The notes beneath the pieces are model-generated. The model was not told the DNA's origin. It saw only the letters and a list, made by a program, of their open reading frames with translations, and ran no database searches. Shown here in pieces: positions 24,101-36,797 of a stretch of DNA of 64,000 bases (position 1 is its first letter; each line of letters opens with the position of its first letter). Position numbers and translations under genes: made by a program. The DNA is from Eledone cirrhosa (taxonomy: Eukaryota), in assembly GCA_964016885.1 (NCBI GenBank), contig OZ024742.1, positions 310,868,001-310,932,000 on the forward strand, given 5' to 3'.

Positions 24101-27100
24101 TTAAAAGTTTGTGTTAGGGTTAGAGTTAGGGTTAAGGTTAAAATTTAGGGTTTCGTTTTAAAATTAGGCTTAGGGTTAGGGTTAAAAGCTAGGGTTAACT
24201 TTAGGTTTAGGGCTAGGGTTAGGGTTAGGGTTAAATGTTAGGGTTAGTGTTAGGGTCAAAAGTTAGGGTTAGGGTTACAGTTAGAGTTACGGTTATGGTT
24301 AATGTTAGGGTTAGTGTTAAAAGTTAGGGGTAGTGTTAGAGTTAGGGTTAGGGTTAGGCTTAAATGTTAGGTTTAGGTTTAGGGGTAGGGTTAGGGTTGG
24401 TGCTAGGTCTAGGGTTAAAAGTTTGGGTTAGGGTTAAGTTTAGGGTTAGAATTAGGGTTAAACGTTAGGGTTAGATTTACGGTTATGAATAGGGTTAGAT
24501 TTAGCGTAATCGTTAGGGTTACTGTTAAAAGTTAGAGTTAGTGTTAGGTTTAGGGTTACGGTTAGTGTTAGGGTTAGGGTTAGGGTTATGGTTATGGTTA
24601 GGATTAAAAGTTAGTGTTAGGGTTACAGTTAGGGTTAGAGTTAGTGTTAGTGTTAAAACATAGCGTTAGGTCTAGGGTTATGTTTAGTGTTAATGTTAGG
24701 GTTAGGGTTAGGTTTAGGGTTAGGGATAAAATTAGGTTTAGTGTTATGGTTAGGGTTAGGTTTAGGGTTAGGGTTAGGTTTAGGGTTAAATGTTAAGGTT
24801 AGGGTTAGGGTTAGGGTTAGGGTTAGGGTTAGGGCTAGGGTTAGGGTTAGGGTTAGGGTTAAATGTTAGGGTTAGTGTTAGGGTTAAAAGATAGGGTTAG
24901 GGTTACAGTTAGAGTTACGGTTATGGTTAGTGTTAGCGTTAGGGTTAAAAGTTAGGCTTAGGGTTAAAATTTAGGGTTAGGGTTAGGGTTAGGGATACGG
25001 TTAAAAGTTAGGGTTAGTGTTAGGGTTAGGATTAGGATTAGGGTTAAAAGTTAGAGTTAGGGTTAGTGTGAGGGCTAGGGTTAGTGTTCGGGTTAGGGTT
25101 AATACTAAGGGTTAGGTTTAGGGTTAGTATTAGAGTTAGGGTTACGGTTGGGGTTAGGATTAGGGTTAGTATTAAAAGTTAGGATTAAGGTTAGGGTTAG
25201 TATTAGGGTTAGGCTTAAAAGTTACGGTTGGTGTTAGTGTTAGGGTTAGGGTTAAAAGTTATGTTTAGGTTACGGTTAGGCTTAGGGTTAGGTTTAGGGT
25301 TCAAAGTTAGCGTTAAATGTTAGGGTTAGGGTTAGGGTTAGGTTTACGGTTACAAGTTAGGATTAGGGTTAGGGTAAGGGTTAGGGTTAAAAGTTAGGGT
25401 AAGGGTTAGGGTTAGGGTTAGGGTTAGGGTTAGGGTTAGGGTTAAAAGTTAGGGTTAGAGTTAGGGTTAGTGTTAGGGTTAGGGTTAATGTTAAGATTAG
25501 GGTTAAAAGTTAGGGTTAGAGTTAGAGTTAGAGTTAGGGTTAAAAATTAGGGTTAAATGTTAGGATTAGGGTTAGGGTTAGGGTTAAGGTTAGAGTTAGG
25601 GTTAGGGTTAGGGTTAGGGTTAGTGTTAGGTTTAGTGTTAGGGTTAGTTTTCAAAGTAAGGGTTAGGGTTATGCTTAAAAGTTAAGGTTTGGGTTCGGGT
25701 TAAAAGTTAGCCTTAGGGTTACGATTATGGTTAGGGTTAAGTTTAGGGTTAAATATTAGGGTTAGGTTAGGGTTATGTTAGGGTTAGGTTTAAGGTTAGT
25801 GTTAGGGTTAAAATTTAGGGTTAACGTTAGGGTTAGGATTAGGGTTAGGTTTAAAAGTTAGGGTTAGGGTTATGGTTAGTGTTAGGGTTAGGGTTAAAAG
25901 TTAGGGTTAGGGCTAGGGTTAGGGTTAGGGTTAGGTTTACGGTTAGAGTTAGTGTTAGGATTAGGGTTAGGGTTAAAATTTAGGCTTAGCGTTAGGGTTA
26001 GGCTTGGTTAGGTTTAGGGTTGGGGTTAGGTTTAAAAGTTAGGGTTAGGGTTAAGGTTAGGGTTATGGTTAAAAGTTAGGGTTAGGGTTAGTGTTAGGGT
26101 TAGGGTTAGGGTTAGTTTTCAAAGTTAGGGTTAGGGTTAGGTTTAGGGTTAGAGTCAGGGTTAAAATTTAGGGTTAGAGTTAGGGTTAGGGTTAAGGGTA
26201 TGGTTAGTGTTAAAAGTTAGTGTTGGGGTTAGGGTTAGGGTTAGGGTTAGGGTTAGTTTTATGGTTAGGATTAGGGTTAAAATTTAGGGTTAACGTTAGG
26301 GTTAGGATTAGGGTTAGGGTTATAATTTAGGGTTAGCGTTGTGGTTATTGTTAGGGTTAGGGTTAAAAGTTAGGGTTATGGTTAGGTTAGGGTTAGGGCT
26401 ATCGTTAGGGTTAGGGTTAGGATAAAAAGTTTAGGGTTAGGGTTAGGGTTAGGGTTAAATGTTAGAGTTAGAGTTCGTGTTAAGTTTAAAAGATAGGGCT
26501 AGGCTTAGGGTTAGGGTTAGGTTTAGGGTTAGGATTATCATTAGGGTTAGGGTTAGGGTTAAAATTTAGGTTTAGCGTTAGGGTTAGGGTTGGTTAGGGT
26601 TAGGCTTATGTTTATAGGGTTAGGTTTAGGTTTAAAAGTTAGGGTTAGGGTTAATGTTAGGGTTAGGGTTAGGGTTACGGTTAGGGTTAGTGCTAAAATT
26701 TAGGGTTGGGGTTAGGGTTAGGTTTAGGGTTAGGGTTAGTTTTTAAAATTAGGGTTATGGTTAGGTTTAGGGTTAGGTTTAAGGTTAGGATCAGGGTTTA
26801 AATTTAGGGTTAAAAGTTAGGGTTAGGATTAGGATTAGGGTTAGGGTTAGTGTTAGGGTTATGGTTAAAAGTTTGGGTTAGGGTTAAGGTTAGGGTTAGT
26901 GTTAAACGTTAGGGTTAGGTTTATGGTTAGGGTTAGGGTTATCATTATTGTTAGGGTTACGGTTAAAAGTTAGAGTTAGGGTTAGGTTTAGGGTTACGGT
27001 TAGTATTATGTTTAGGGTAAGGGCTAGGTTTAAATGATAAGGTTAGGGTTAGAGATAGGGTTAGGGTTAGGGTTGAAATTGAGGGTTAGAGTTAGCGTTA

Positions 27101-28013
27101 TGGTTAAAAGTTATCGTTAAATTTAGGGTTAGGGTTATGGTTAGGTTTAGGGTTAAAAGTTAAGGTTAGGGTTAATGTTAAAACTTAGTTTTAGTGTTAG
27201 GGTTAGGGTTAGGGTTAGTGTTATTGTTAGGGTTAAAAGTTTGGGTTAGGGTTTGGGTTATGTTTAGGGTTCTGGTTAAAAGTTGGGATTAGGATTAGGG
27301 TTAGGGTTAGGGTTAGGGTTAGGGTTACAAGTTAGGGTTAGGTTTAAATGTTTGGTTTAATAGCTATGGTTAGGTTTAGGGTTAGGGCTAGGGTTAGGGT
27401 TAAATATTAAGGTTAGGGTTAGGGTTAAAAGTTATGTTTAGGGTTACATTTAGGATTACGGTTAGGGTTCGGGTTAGTGTTAAAAGTTAGGGTTAGGGTT
27501 AGTGTTAGGGTTAGGGTTATGTGTAGTGTTAGGTTTAGAGTTAGGGTTAGGGTTAAAAGTTAGGGTTAGGGTTAGAGTTAGGGTTATGGTTAGGGTTATG
27601 TTTAGGGTTAGGGTTAGTGCTATTGTTAGGGTTAGTGTTAGTGTTAAAAGTTAGGGTTAGGGTTAGGGTTAGTGTTAGGGTTAGGATTAGGGTTAGGTTT
27701 AAAATTTAGGGTTAGGCTTAGGGTTAGGTTTAGGGTTAGTGTTAGGGTTAGGGATAGGTTTAATCTTAGGGTTAGGGTTAGGGTTAGAGTTAGGGTTAAG
27801 GTTAGGGTTAGGTTTAGGGTTAGATTTAAAAGTTAGGGTTAGGTTGAGCGTTAGGGTTAAGGTTAGGGTTAGGGTTAGGGTTAGGGTTAGGGCTAGGGCT
27901 AGGGCTAGGGCTGTGGCTTGGGCTGGGGCTGTGGCTCTTGCTGTGGCTGGGGCTAGGGCTGTCTCTAACGTTAGGGCTAGGGTTATGTTTAGGATTAGAA
28001 TTAGGATTAGGGT
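12130..28013 (+). repeat. Interstitial degenerate telomeric (TTAGGG)n array, ~15.9 kb
   Basis: G-rich strand on + throughout, with variants TTAGTG, TTACGG, TTATGG, TTTGGT and 7-mers TTAAAAG/TTAAATG. Non-telomeric DNA on both sides. Confidence 0.97.
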
Positions 28014-28092
28014 ACACGTATGCTTATGCCTTTGCGTGTGTGTGTGTGCATATATATATACATTTATATGTTTGAGCATATAAACTATAATC

Positions 28093-28284
28093 AGGGGTGG
28101 AGAGTTTGATGACTGCAACTGCGGACAAAATTGTAACAGACCAGAGACTATATACAGATGTGTTCAATGTGACAGAGACAGTCTCTCACGTATAGGTCTG
28201 TTTAGGCACCGGAGACACTGCTCCAGCCGACCTGACAACAGTATACTACACATGGTCAGCCTTGATTGAAGGAGGCCTTAATAT
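28093..28284 (+). mobile_element. 3' end of an RTE (BovB-like) LINE
   Basis: Translates to YRCVQCDRDSLSRIGLFRHRRHC, a C-terminal C2H2-like motif of RTE ORFs. TSD AACTATAATC at 28083-28092 and 28285-28294. Confidence 0.7.
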
Positions 28285-28597
28285 AACTATAATCGCGCAA
28301 ACACAGACAAACTTACAAAAATACACACTCAATGACATACATTCACACAAACACACACACACACATTTACACAAACACACACATATAGATACAGTCATGA
28401 TAGCAGCGTTCGATAAATTGAAAATGGGAGGGTAAAATGAAGTATAACCTTTTATTTATTAACAACATAGTTTAACTCTTTTTATTTTAAACTCATTTGT
28501 TTTACAGGTTTATTCACAGTTGTATAAAAATATAATAACATAATGCTTACATAATGAAAACAAACAAATATAATATATACAAAGGAAATATTTTACA

Positions 28598-28793
28598 GGC
28601 AAAACCAACCGGCAAGAGACCCAGAGGTAGACCCTGAGCAAAATAGTTGGATAACATCCATGAGCTTGGTTGGTCACACTTTGGCTCCAGCTGGATCAGT
28701 TAGAGATGTTTGCTACTGACAGACTCGCTAGAAGAAGTGTTTGAGAAGGACTCTGCTCCCACGACCCTCTCAGAAATAAGTGGGTGAAGAAGA
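28598..28793 (+). mobile_element. Decayed RTE LINE 3' fragment
   Basis: KPTGKRPRGRP*..LDNI, then LLPRPS and a GAAGAAGA end, typical of RTE ORF termini. Confidence 0.6.
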
Positions 28794-30699
28794 TATTGTC
28801 AATTTACTTTTCAATTTACATATATCTATATGTATATATATTTGCGTATAATACCAATATGCACACTACATATATGCTAGCAGAAATCCGCCCAAGGGGC
28901 GGTTTTTCTGCTAGTTAATAGTAATGTCATAGCTTCTTGCGTGTAATCTTCCTTAAGCGAATATTATTGAGAGTGATATCATACGTAATTACATTACAAT
29001 ACACACACACACATGCATAGATGCATACATAGATAGCTACACACATGCATAGATGCATACATAGATAGTTACACACATACATGCATACATAGATTGCTAC
29101 ACATACACATACATACATACATACATACATACATACATACATACATACATACATACATACATACATAAATACATACATACATACATACATACATACATAC
29201 ATACATACATACATACATTACATACATACGTGTGTGTTGTTTGTGTATGTTTTCAGACAACCTATTCAATCACGTTAACCACAGTGAAGGCCCGGAGGCG
29301 GGGCGTGGACTGCCATATGATTACAGTGTGGGAAATCTATCGTGTGAACCTTCACTGCTGTGGAGGATATGTGCATGTTTTATTATTAAAAAACCTTTGT
29401 AACCAGAGTAATATATCTCGTTGTAGACTTTGCTGTTCATCCCTCTGGAGTTGAAATAAGGTGTACTCAGCTGTGAAGCAGGTGAAGCGACTTAATTGAT
29501 CAGACTTTGGGCAAATGTAAAACATCATTATTCTCCTTATTGGTCCGATTGAAGAACATTTAAAGCGGCATACAATCTGTGAGTGTGGTAAATATTTTAG
29601 TTACTCTTTGGTCGTGGAAAGAAGAGCAATAAACAGGACAATTTGGAAGGCCTTTGAGCCAGCTGAAACGGTTGAGTATGTACCACTCACACCAGAGACG
29701 TGGTCCGAAGCATTGCATTGGAGTAGACACCAATAAAAGCAACCAAGGGTCAGAGGTGGTCTTAACTGGGTCAAATGTAAGAACCTCTTTTGCTGTCTTT
29801 CATAAATGAGTCTTTGAAACACCATTTAAATCATTTTTTTTTTGCTTCTTTTGTATTCTGTAATGACTTGAATCTATACATGTTAGCAAAAGATGCTAGA
29901 AATAGCAGCCAAAGTTCCGGTAACCCACACATTACTGTATTAAGTCAGGCAAGGACCCGTTAGATATTTTAGTTGTACATATACCTAAATAGACAGGATG
30001 GTTGCGGTTAGAATATTTAAGTATGAACGGCTTGACAATAGAACCTCCATAATCAAGTACCAACTACAAACATCTTAAACAGAATGAGAATTCAGATATA
30101 ATGCACTCATAACTAAGAAAAGAACCAGCAGTTACTGTCTCATGAGAATAAAGTGAATATGATCATAAGAGTTCTCAGTCTACAACAAATACATTACCTA
30201 CAGCATCTTTGCTCTGCCCATACTAACGTCGACATTTGGCTACCTACGTGATTCATACTTTGCTGATTTCACCTAGAATACTTATAAATATCACTCGTGG
30301 AATACTGGAGCCCTTATGTAGTTGCTGCTTGTGTTGTTCTCCTTACTTATCCAAAGTCAATCTGTCGGATATCCAGAAAGATCTTAGTTCAATTCAAAAA
30401 TCTGTCAAAATTTGCATAGTGTTTAAAAGAAATTTCAGAAACTATAAGATTATTTTTTAAATGTCAACAAACATTGAGTATATGTTGCAGATCTGTCGGA
30501 CTTTACAAAGCGCTGAGAGGATAAAATTAATATTAACTTTATCTCCTCAGCGGTTCGTAAAGGTCCGAGAGATCAGCTACGTATATACGATGTGTGTTTA
30601 CATTGAAAAGCCGTGACTCAATTATCTAATTTAATACGGTAAAGATTGTTACGGTCCCTTAACTTAATGGTTTCAAGCAGCAGTCGCCATTTTAATGTA

Positions 30700-30793
30700 T
30701 TTATCTTTTTAATAAAAATTCATATTAGTGGTCCACGGGATTTAAAATTATGAATTTAATGGTCCGTGAGAACCGAAAGGTTGGCGACCGCTG
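30700..30793. mobile_element. One end of a hAT-like MITE
   Basis: GGTCCACGG/GGTCCGTG subterminal motifs and terminal AAAGGTTGGCGACCGCTG. The partner TIR was not found. Confidence 0.4.
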
Positions 30794-31603
30794 GTTTAAA
30801 GCGCCTAGCTGGCATCTGGGAAATATGGGATTCGATTCCTCATAGCGACCGATAGCAACTTCTTTATCCGTTTTAAGAGTCTTCGCCTTATTTTATGAGT
30901 TATTTTATAGCATCTCTGCGCATGCGCGCACCATTCTTTATACTTTGAAAATAGTGAAGCATTCCAAACCTTATACACCTAGTAGCGATGGATGTGACCT
31001 TTTTTTCTCTCTTATATATTGTTCCATATGTGTTTTCTCATAAATTAAATTTCCGTTAAGAGATAATATCTTTTCATCATGATAAACTGAAATATTTTTG
31101 AAATATATCAAATTTTCTAATGATCAAAAGCCGGATAGTCGTGTAACATATTGATACACGTTTAGAAAAAAAAAAATGAATACATCGTGTCGTGAATGCT
31201 TTATCAAAATCCCCGTTCAAAGTTGATATCATTTTGTCATCATTAACAAAATAGATGTAAAAATATTTTTAAATACTTTGCGCAAAAATAAAAAAACAGA
31301 ATAGTCGCGTAAAACATTGGTACACGTTTTAAACAAATCAAAATGCTTCCTTTATTAATATACATTGAAATTTGTTGTTTTCATAATCATAAACCACAAT
31401 ACCTTACCAGCCTTGTAAAATAATGTTCCATATAGGTAAAAACATTTTCTATTGTTAACGTTCAAAGCCAACGGCATATATATTTTTTATCTCCTATATA
31501 AATGTTGACGTACATATAGATTGTTTAATTCTTAACTTTTATTTCATTAAAATCGGTAAAAGGTGAAACTGTGATTCGTAGTTTGTGAAATTTCAGAAAT
31601 TTC

Positions 31604-31666
<63 letters not shown>

Positions 31667-32007
31667 TTCAGTACCACCACTCCACATAAATTCCTCAATT
31701 TAAGAATGACCTGTAGTATCTATTTCATACTATTAACCTTAATTGAATATATATCTGACCAGGAATGCTTTTTGTGAAAATCGGTCATATGGAACTATTG
31801 TCATCTTGCCTGACGGTTTGAACTTTACAACACCACCTGCCTCTTTGAGGTCAATTACCAACTCTACTACCATCTACAAACTGACCAATGAGAATGAAGA
31901 CTATTCCTGCTGACAACATTAAATTATTCCTAACAAGCTCATATGTCCCAAGGCTCTGATACCATCAACACTATAAAGACAGAGCTGGCATATCTAAGAA
32001 CTGACTA

Positions 32008-32063
32008 ACTGCCTGATGAGGTCATAGCCATTCAATGGCTATCATCGAAATATATATAGCAGT
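32008..32063 (+). ncRNA. Type I hammerhead ribozyme in pLTR-like segment 31665-32108
   Basis: ACTGC-CTGATGA-ggtcATAGCCA-ttcaa-TGGCTATcatc-GAAA-TATATA-TA-GCAGT. Related to 52727-52781. Confidence 0.8.
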
Positions 32064-32107
32064 AAATAAAGGATTATCAGTTCATGCAATTGACTTATGT
32101 TTCGTCA

Positions 32108-32183
<76 letters not shown>

Positions 32184-32214
32184 GTTAAGACAGTGATTAT
32201 TATTAAAACATTTA

Positions 32215-32284
32215 GATTTACGAACGTTTCGCTACACTAATAGAAATGAACAGTCCATTCCTGTAAGAATAGTTCATCAGAATC
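32215..32284 (-). ncRNA. Type I hammerhead ribozyme of that pLTR
   Basis: Minus strand: GATT-CTGATGA-aCTAT..long stem..GTAGc-GAAA-CGTTCG-TA-AATC. Confidence 0.7.
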
Positions 32285-32354
32285 AATTAGATACAAATAA
32301 TTTATCTTACATGTTTTAATATATACCAGTGGGAGAAAAAACCCAAGATGTAAA

Positions 32355-32566
32355 TAATTGTTTCTACTTTTGGCACAAGGCCAGCAATTACACAGTGCAT
32401 AACTGGTACTTTATTTTATCGACCCCGTAAGGATGAAAGGCAAAATTAACCTCGGTGGGATTTGAACTCAGAATGGCAAGAACCGTAACTCCATACGTCA
32501 AAGCATGGCGTCCGACCCTCTACCGATACTGTCAATCCACCACCCTGATGTACCAATCCACCACCC
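32355..32566 (-). mobile_element. S1 SINE with duplicated 5' tip
   Basis: Full S1 match, flanked by the direct repeat CCCAAGATGTAAATAA at 32342-32357 and 32564-32579. Confidence 0.88.
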
Positions 32567-33409
32567 AAGATGTAAATAAAAATGTTTAAATATAGTAGGG
32601 AAAACCCAAGATAATAATTAAAATTTATAAATAATAAAATATTTAAGTTCCGTAACTATAAATATTTCGCCAACTATAATATATCGTTACAAAAAGGATA
32701 ACATCCATTAAAATAGGGCTAGATTTATACTAATGGGATCATAAAGTCAATTTTCACTCTGTAAGTGAAGTAATGAAAAAATAATTTTAGAATATACTAA
32801 AATAACGTAAACAATTATGGAAGCATAGAAAGTAATAAATATATCTATAATTAAAATAAATGTTAAATGACTAAGTAATTTCACTGACTAAATTATATCA
32901 GAATAGAGGAGATTATAAGGCTTGGGTATAGCAAAGGTGGGGTTACAATTATATGACAAATAGGAGAGCAAAAGAGAAACTTTATGAACGTGCGTATGTG
33001 TGTGCGAATTGAAAATTGGGTTTATTAAATATAGTAGTCAAAGAAGAAGAGGTGTAACAGATATAAAAGATAGTTCAACCTAAAAGTAGGGTATACATGT
33101 TATATGATACAAATGTTCTACGTGTTAATAAAAATACTTAAACAAGCATCTCATGGGTATAAATAATCCGGATCAACGTTTTTGTTAAAGAAAATGAAAA
33201 GGTTTTATGCGGACGGGAAAGGATTATTTCACTTTTCGAATCGAGTAGGATTATTATTGCAAACGCTTCGATCAGACGAAGATTCCATTTAGTTCTACCA
33301 CTACCATAAGGTTTTGCAAAATTAATAATATCCCACTTAAGAGAGTATCTTATGTTATCGCTTTTTAAAGGAAGTAGAGTTTCTTTTTTTAATGTTTTAT
33401 CCTTTAAAG

Positions 33410-33717
33410 CAGTGCTTCTCAAACTATCTGATGTGGCGGTCCGGCATTTTTTTTTCAATGTGCCACGCACCGCTAATATTTCGTAGTAATATTAATTTAT
33501 ACCGGAAACGATATATACAATGAATATAATAATAGTTGACCATTTTTTTATCTTCTATTTATTTTGTAAACAAATAATACAATATCAAAACATAAAAAGG
33601 TAATACAAAAAATTCCTCAAATGATTCCTTAGTATAGCCTGGACACTGGCCGCGTACCGGTAGCTGATGGCTCGCGTACCGGCACCGGTCCGCGGACCAC
33701 CACTTTGAGTAGCACTG
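33410..33717. mobile_element. hAT (Charlie-like) MITE
   Basis: TIRs CAGTGCTTCTCAAA / TTTGAGTAGCACTG and 8-bp TSD CTTTAAAG / TTTTAAAG. Confidence 0.85.
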
Positions 33718-33787
33718 TTTTAAAGAATGTAAATGCGAATAAAGACGGGTTTTAAAGTTATTTGCAGCTACCCCTATGTAAGTGTCA

Positions 33788-33889
33788 GCCGAGGTTGACT
33801 TTGCCTTTCATCCTTACGGGGTCGATAAAATAAAGCACCAGTAATGCACTGGGTAATTGCTGGCCTTGTGCCTAAAGTAGAAACAATTA
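33788..33889 (+). mobile_element. 5'-truncated S1 SINE
   Basis: Matches the 3' half of S1. Confidence 0.85.
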
Positions 33890-34225
33890 TGTGTTGAAAC
33901 TTCGCACTTGTACATAACATTATTCTCGGTGGGTCGGCGTCAGGGACCCAACAATTGCTATTAGATATTGGAGTGTTTGTAGATTTGAGGTTTATTTATA
34001 AGATTATTGAAGGTATATAGAGAAATATTTATACTACATAGAGTAAGAGTGTTATCTGTATCATTAATCTGTTCATTATTTTTAGTATCACTATTGCTAT
34101 TCATTGTTTAAAACTATAGGAGGTATGGTTTGCATGTTATAATTCACGAGAATTTCATCTTCAGATTTATGGCTATAAATTTTCCTGTTTATTATATATA
34201 TATATATGTGTGTTGGGGGGGGGGG

Positions 34226-34290
<65 letters not shown>

Positions 34291-34292
<2 letters not shown>

Positions 34293-35229
34293 ATTTCTTT
34301 ATTAGCCACAAGGGCACAAAAGAAGGGGACAAATACAAATGGGGAGTTTACATACAGGTATATGAAAATAAAACTATTAATACAATAACAAATAACAATT
34401 GAAATCCCCAAAAGGGGGGAGGTGTTACACAGGGGTTGTACACACCCCGGAAAAATGTACAACCCTCATCTCCAGGAGCACCAAGAGTGAGTACTCCCTT
34501 CCTCTTTTTCCTCAACCTACAAGCTTATATAGAGAGAAGGCCCAACCACTCGGGCCATCTTTGTCACATTCACCCACCTTTTATAAAATTTGCTGGGGCA
34601 CAGCACCTCTCTCTCCATCCTGATTCTTCTTCCACAATGATATTTGAAAAAACGAATCAGTTGCTCGCCGGAGAGAAAGGTGTCTGACCTCAGCCCTTTT
34701 AACCTCGTCCACCATATAACCTCTTTCACTATAGCCATAACACATAGGAAAACCGCCTCTCCCTCGTTTTTTAAGGAGGGTGGCGGTTTGATCATGACAA
34801 TGGACTCGGTGGTCAACTAGATTGGTCCCACCCGCGACAATAGTCGTTCTACATAACCCCACAGGTCGGTAACGGCTGGGCAGTGTACAAATGCGTGTGC
34901 GACGGTTTCCTCGTCGCGCACGCATCTCGGACAGATCTTTTTCGAGGGGTCCCTACCCGGGCGCCCGTGTCTGTAGAGCTTGTCTCTAACTGGTAGAGCT
35001 CCTCGGTAGCACTGCCAGGCCAGGGACTTTTGAAAGTTGTCCATTGGTCCTGGGCGGAAGGTCCTACCGAACAGACTGGCCAGTTCGTCCTCCTCTACGC
35101 CTAGAGTTTCTCCGAGCGTGTTATCGCACTTGCTGCGGACCAACCCTCTATATAATGTCGAAGTGGAGTCTCCACTGATGGCCGGGTCTGTTTGCCAGAG
35201 GACTGTGAGCGCCTGAGCACATTCGATAT
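34291..35229 (-). mobile_element. Tx1/L1-like LINE 3' fragment, copy 1
   Basis: WQCYRGALPVRDKL..CPRCVRDEETVAHAFVHCP (zf-RVT CCHC finger). The 3' UTR ends GCTAATAAAGAAAT, with (GATA)n on both sides. Confidence 0.85.
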
Positions 35230-35310
<81 letters not shown>

Positions 35311-35312
<2 letters not shown>

Positions 35313-36432
35313 TTCTTTATTAGCCACAAGGGCGCAACAAGAAAAGGGGACAATACAAAGACATGCCGGGGATTTTACATACAGTCGTGTAAAAAATATA
35401 AAAACAAACAATTTCAACAATCGAAATCCCCAATAGGGGGAGGCGCCACAAATGGGTTGTTTAATACCTCGTCGATAGAACAACCCTCAACTCCAGGAGC
35501 GTGTTGTGCAAGTGCTCCTTTCTTCCTTTTGCTCTCTTCCTCAACCTACAGGCTTATAAACAGAGAAGGCCCAATCACTCGGGCCATTTTCGCTTCATTT
35601 ACCCACCTTTTAGTAAATTTACTGGGGTGCAGTGCCTCTCTCTCCACCCTGATTCTCCTGCTAAAGTGATACTTAAAGAAGGGAATCAATTGTTGTCCGG
35701 AGAGAAAGGCATCTGTCCTCAGTCCTCTCAACCTCGTCCACCATATAACTTCTTTCACCATAGCCACCGTACAGAGGAAAACCGCCTCTCTTTCGTTTTT
35801 GAAAGAGGCTGGCGGTTTGATCCTTACTATGGACTCGGCAGTCAACTGGATTTGTCCCATACGCGATAGCAGTTGTTCTGCATAGTTCCACAGGTCGCTT
35901 ACGCCCGGGCAGTGTACAATTGCGTGCAGAACTGTTTCAATGTCCTGCGCACATCTTGGACACGTCCTCTTGTCCATAGGTCCCGGGCGGAAAGTCCTAC
36001 CAAACAGACTGGTGAGCTCATCGTCTTCGACGCCAGAGTCTCTCCGAGCACGTCGTCGCCCTTGTAACGTACAATCCCTCTATAGAATGTCGAAGTGGAG
36101 TCTCCACTGATTGCTGCGCCCGCTTGCCAGAGGACTGTGAGCGCCTGAGCGCATTCAATGTGCCAGGCGCACATCGTTTTCGGTCTTTTCTTCACCCAGG
36201 ACTTCAGCTCCGTTAGCGAGACGATCTGTGGGAAAGCCTGTCTCACAAACGGTGCCAACACCGGTTGGGGGTCGGTGAGGAATACCTGGAGATGCATTCC
36301 CAGCCCTCCGTTGGAAGGGTGCTGACAGCAGACGGATCTCCTCACCAGCGGAGCCTGCTTCTTCCACAGAAACTGGAAGAGCATGCGTTCCATCTTGGCG
36401 AGGTGTTCACGGGGACAAGGCACGACAGTCAG
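35311..36432 (-). mobile_element. Tx1/L1-like LINE 3' fragment, copy 2
   Basis: MERMLFQFLWKK..VRRSVCCQHPSNGGLGM and CPRCAQDIETVLHAIVHCP. Same 3' end, internal deletions, (GATA)n on both sides. Confidence 0.85.
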
Positions 36433-36461
36433 AAAAAGAGAGAGAGAGGTGAATAGATAGG

Positions 36462-36507
<46 letters not shown>

Positions 36508-36762
36508 TATTTCTTTATTAGCCACAGGGGCACAAAAGAAGGGGACAAATACAAAGGGGGAAGTTTACATACAATAAAAACGTGTAAAATGTTATCACAA
36601 ATGGAATTTAAAAAGTTAGTCGATTTTCCCCAATAGAGGGAGACAGTTTATATGGGTAACACATACCTCCGAAAAAAAATGTGCAACCCTCATCTCCAGG
36701 AGTACGAAGAGCTTGTACTCCTTTCCTCTCCTCCTCCTTTTCCTCAACCTACAGGCTGATTT

Positions 36763-36763
<1 letters not shown>
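36508..36763 (-). mobile_element. Tx1/L1-like LINE 3' UTR fragment, copy 3
   Basis: Homologous to 34291-34530 and bounded by (GATA)n at 36453-36507 and 36764-36797. Confidence 0.8.

Positions 36764-36797
<34 letters not shown>

Larger units (their letters stand above)
32180..33409 (-). mobile_element. 3' fragment of a Penelope-like element (end of endonuclease plus pLTR)
   Basis: ORF 33138-33470 contains IRYSLKWDIINFAKPYGSGRTKWNLRLIEAFAII..KSEII..RPHK, a decayed PLE GIY-YIG C-terminus. HHR downstream, ends in (TA)n, interrupted by a SINE and a MITE. Confidence 0.65.

Noticed and set aside
12130-28013. True chromosome end or head-to-head fusion site
   Set aside because: Ordinary DNA continues beyond the G-rich 3' end, repeats stay degenerate throughout, and there is no switch to (CCCTAA)n.
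12104-28118. VRVRVR and GLGLGL ORFs
   Set aside because: They are frame read-outs of (TTAGGG)n.
28877-28914. CTAGCAGAAA..CCGCCC..GGGCGG..TTTCTGCTAG hairpin as a Helitron end or terminator
   Set aside because: Isolated, with no matching element body or other end found. Intrinsic terminators are not relevant in this animal context.
30790-30850. tRNA gene (and the tRNA-like heads of the SINEs)
   Set aside because: Only A/B-box remnants are present and no complete cloverleaf; these are SINE heads.
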